Shown here: piece by piece, positions 63,871 to 64,000 of the stretch | Layout: every line of letters starts with the position of its first letter | How positions within the stretch are numbered: the stretch's first letter is position 1 | NCBI RefSeq assembly: GCF_000143415.4 | Contig: NW_003314388.1 | Span: 62,001-126,000, forward strand | Direction of reading: 5' to 3' | Length of the DNA stretch: 64,000 bases | Origin: Selaginella moellendorffii | Taxonomy: Eukaryota; Plantae; Lycopodiophyta | The notes under the pieces: model-generated | What the model was told of the DNA's origin: nothing | The model's input: the letters and a program-made list of their open reading frames with translations, nothing else | The model's database searches: none | Position numbers and translations under genes: made by a program

Positions 63871-64000
63871 GATATAGATAATGGTTATAGATATTATGCT
63901 TTATTTCGTTAAAGTGGGACTTATTCAGTAAAGTGGGACATTAATTAGCATGTGTCCACATGCCATTTCCTAGTACTTAATTAATATTTATTAATATTTC

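Larger units (their letters stand above)
41740..63892. repeat. Tandem segmental duplication: block 1 ~41740-51582, block 2 ~51583-63892
   Basis: Same order of AT-rich repeat, PRDA1, PHO1-like and coiled-coil gene, with near-identical introns; block 1 lacks CTF18. Confidence 0.92.

Overview
Eukaryotic, land-plant nuclear DNA. The very short (~50-60 nt) introns and tiny intergenic gaps suggest a lycophyte such as Selaginella (inference). 1-~17 kb is AT-rich, CpG-poor retroelement debris containing (i) an intact, intronless, extremely AT-rich gene for a secreted protein with a C-terminal bulb-type lectin domain and (ii) a very young full-length Ty3/gypsy chromovirus (9360-14960, minus strand, LTRs identical by eye, AGTGT target-site duplication). 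The element has no tRNA primer-binding site but a 15-nt self-priming complementarity, and a GGGAAAC/pseudoknot -1 frameshift signal. 19.2-40.7 kb is gene-dense: LPA3, NAR1, p31comet, cyclopropane fatty-acid synthase, three tandem nodulin-like MFS genes and UFD2. 41.7-64 kb is a tandem segmental duplication (AT-rich repeat, PRDA1, [CTF18], PHO1-like, coiled-coil gene). The first copy has a complex deletion/inversion that removes CTF18 and folds PRDA1 into a ~300-bp inverted repeat downstream of the former CTF18 promoter, a candidate newborn hairpin-RNA locus against the intact PRDA1 copy. Gene coordinates are start-to-stop spans including introns, read by hand.
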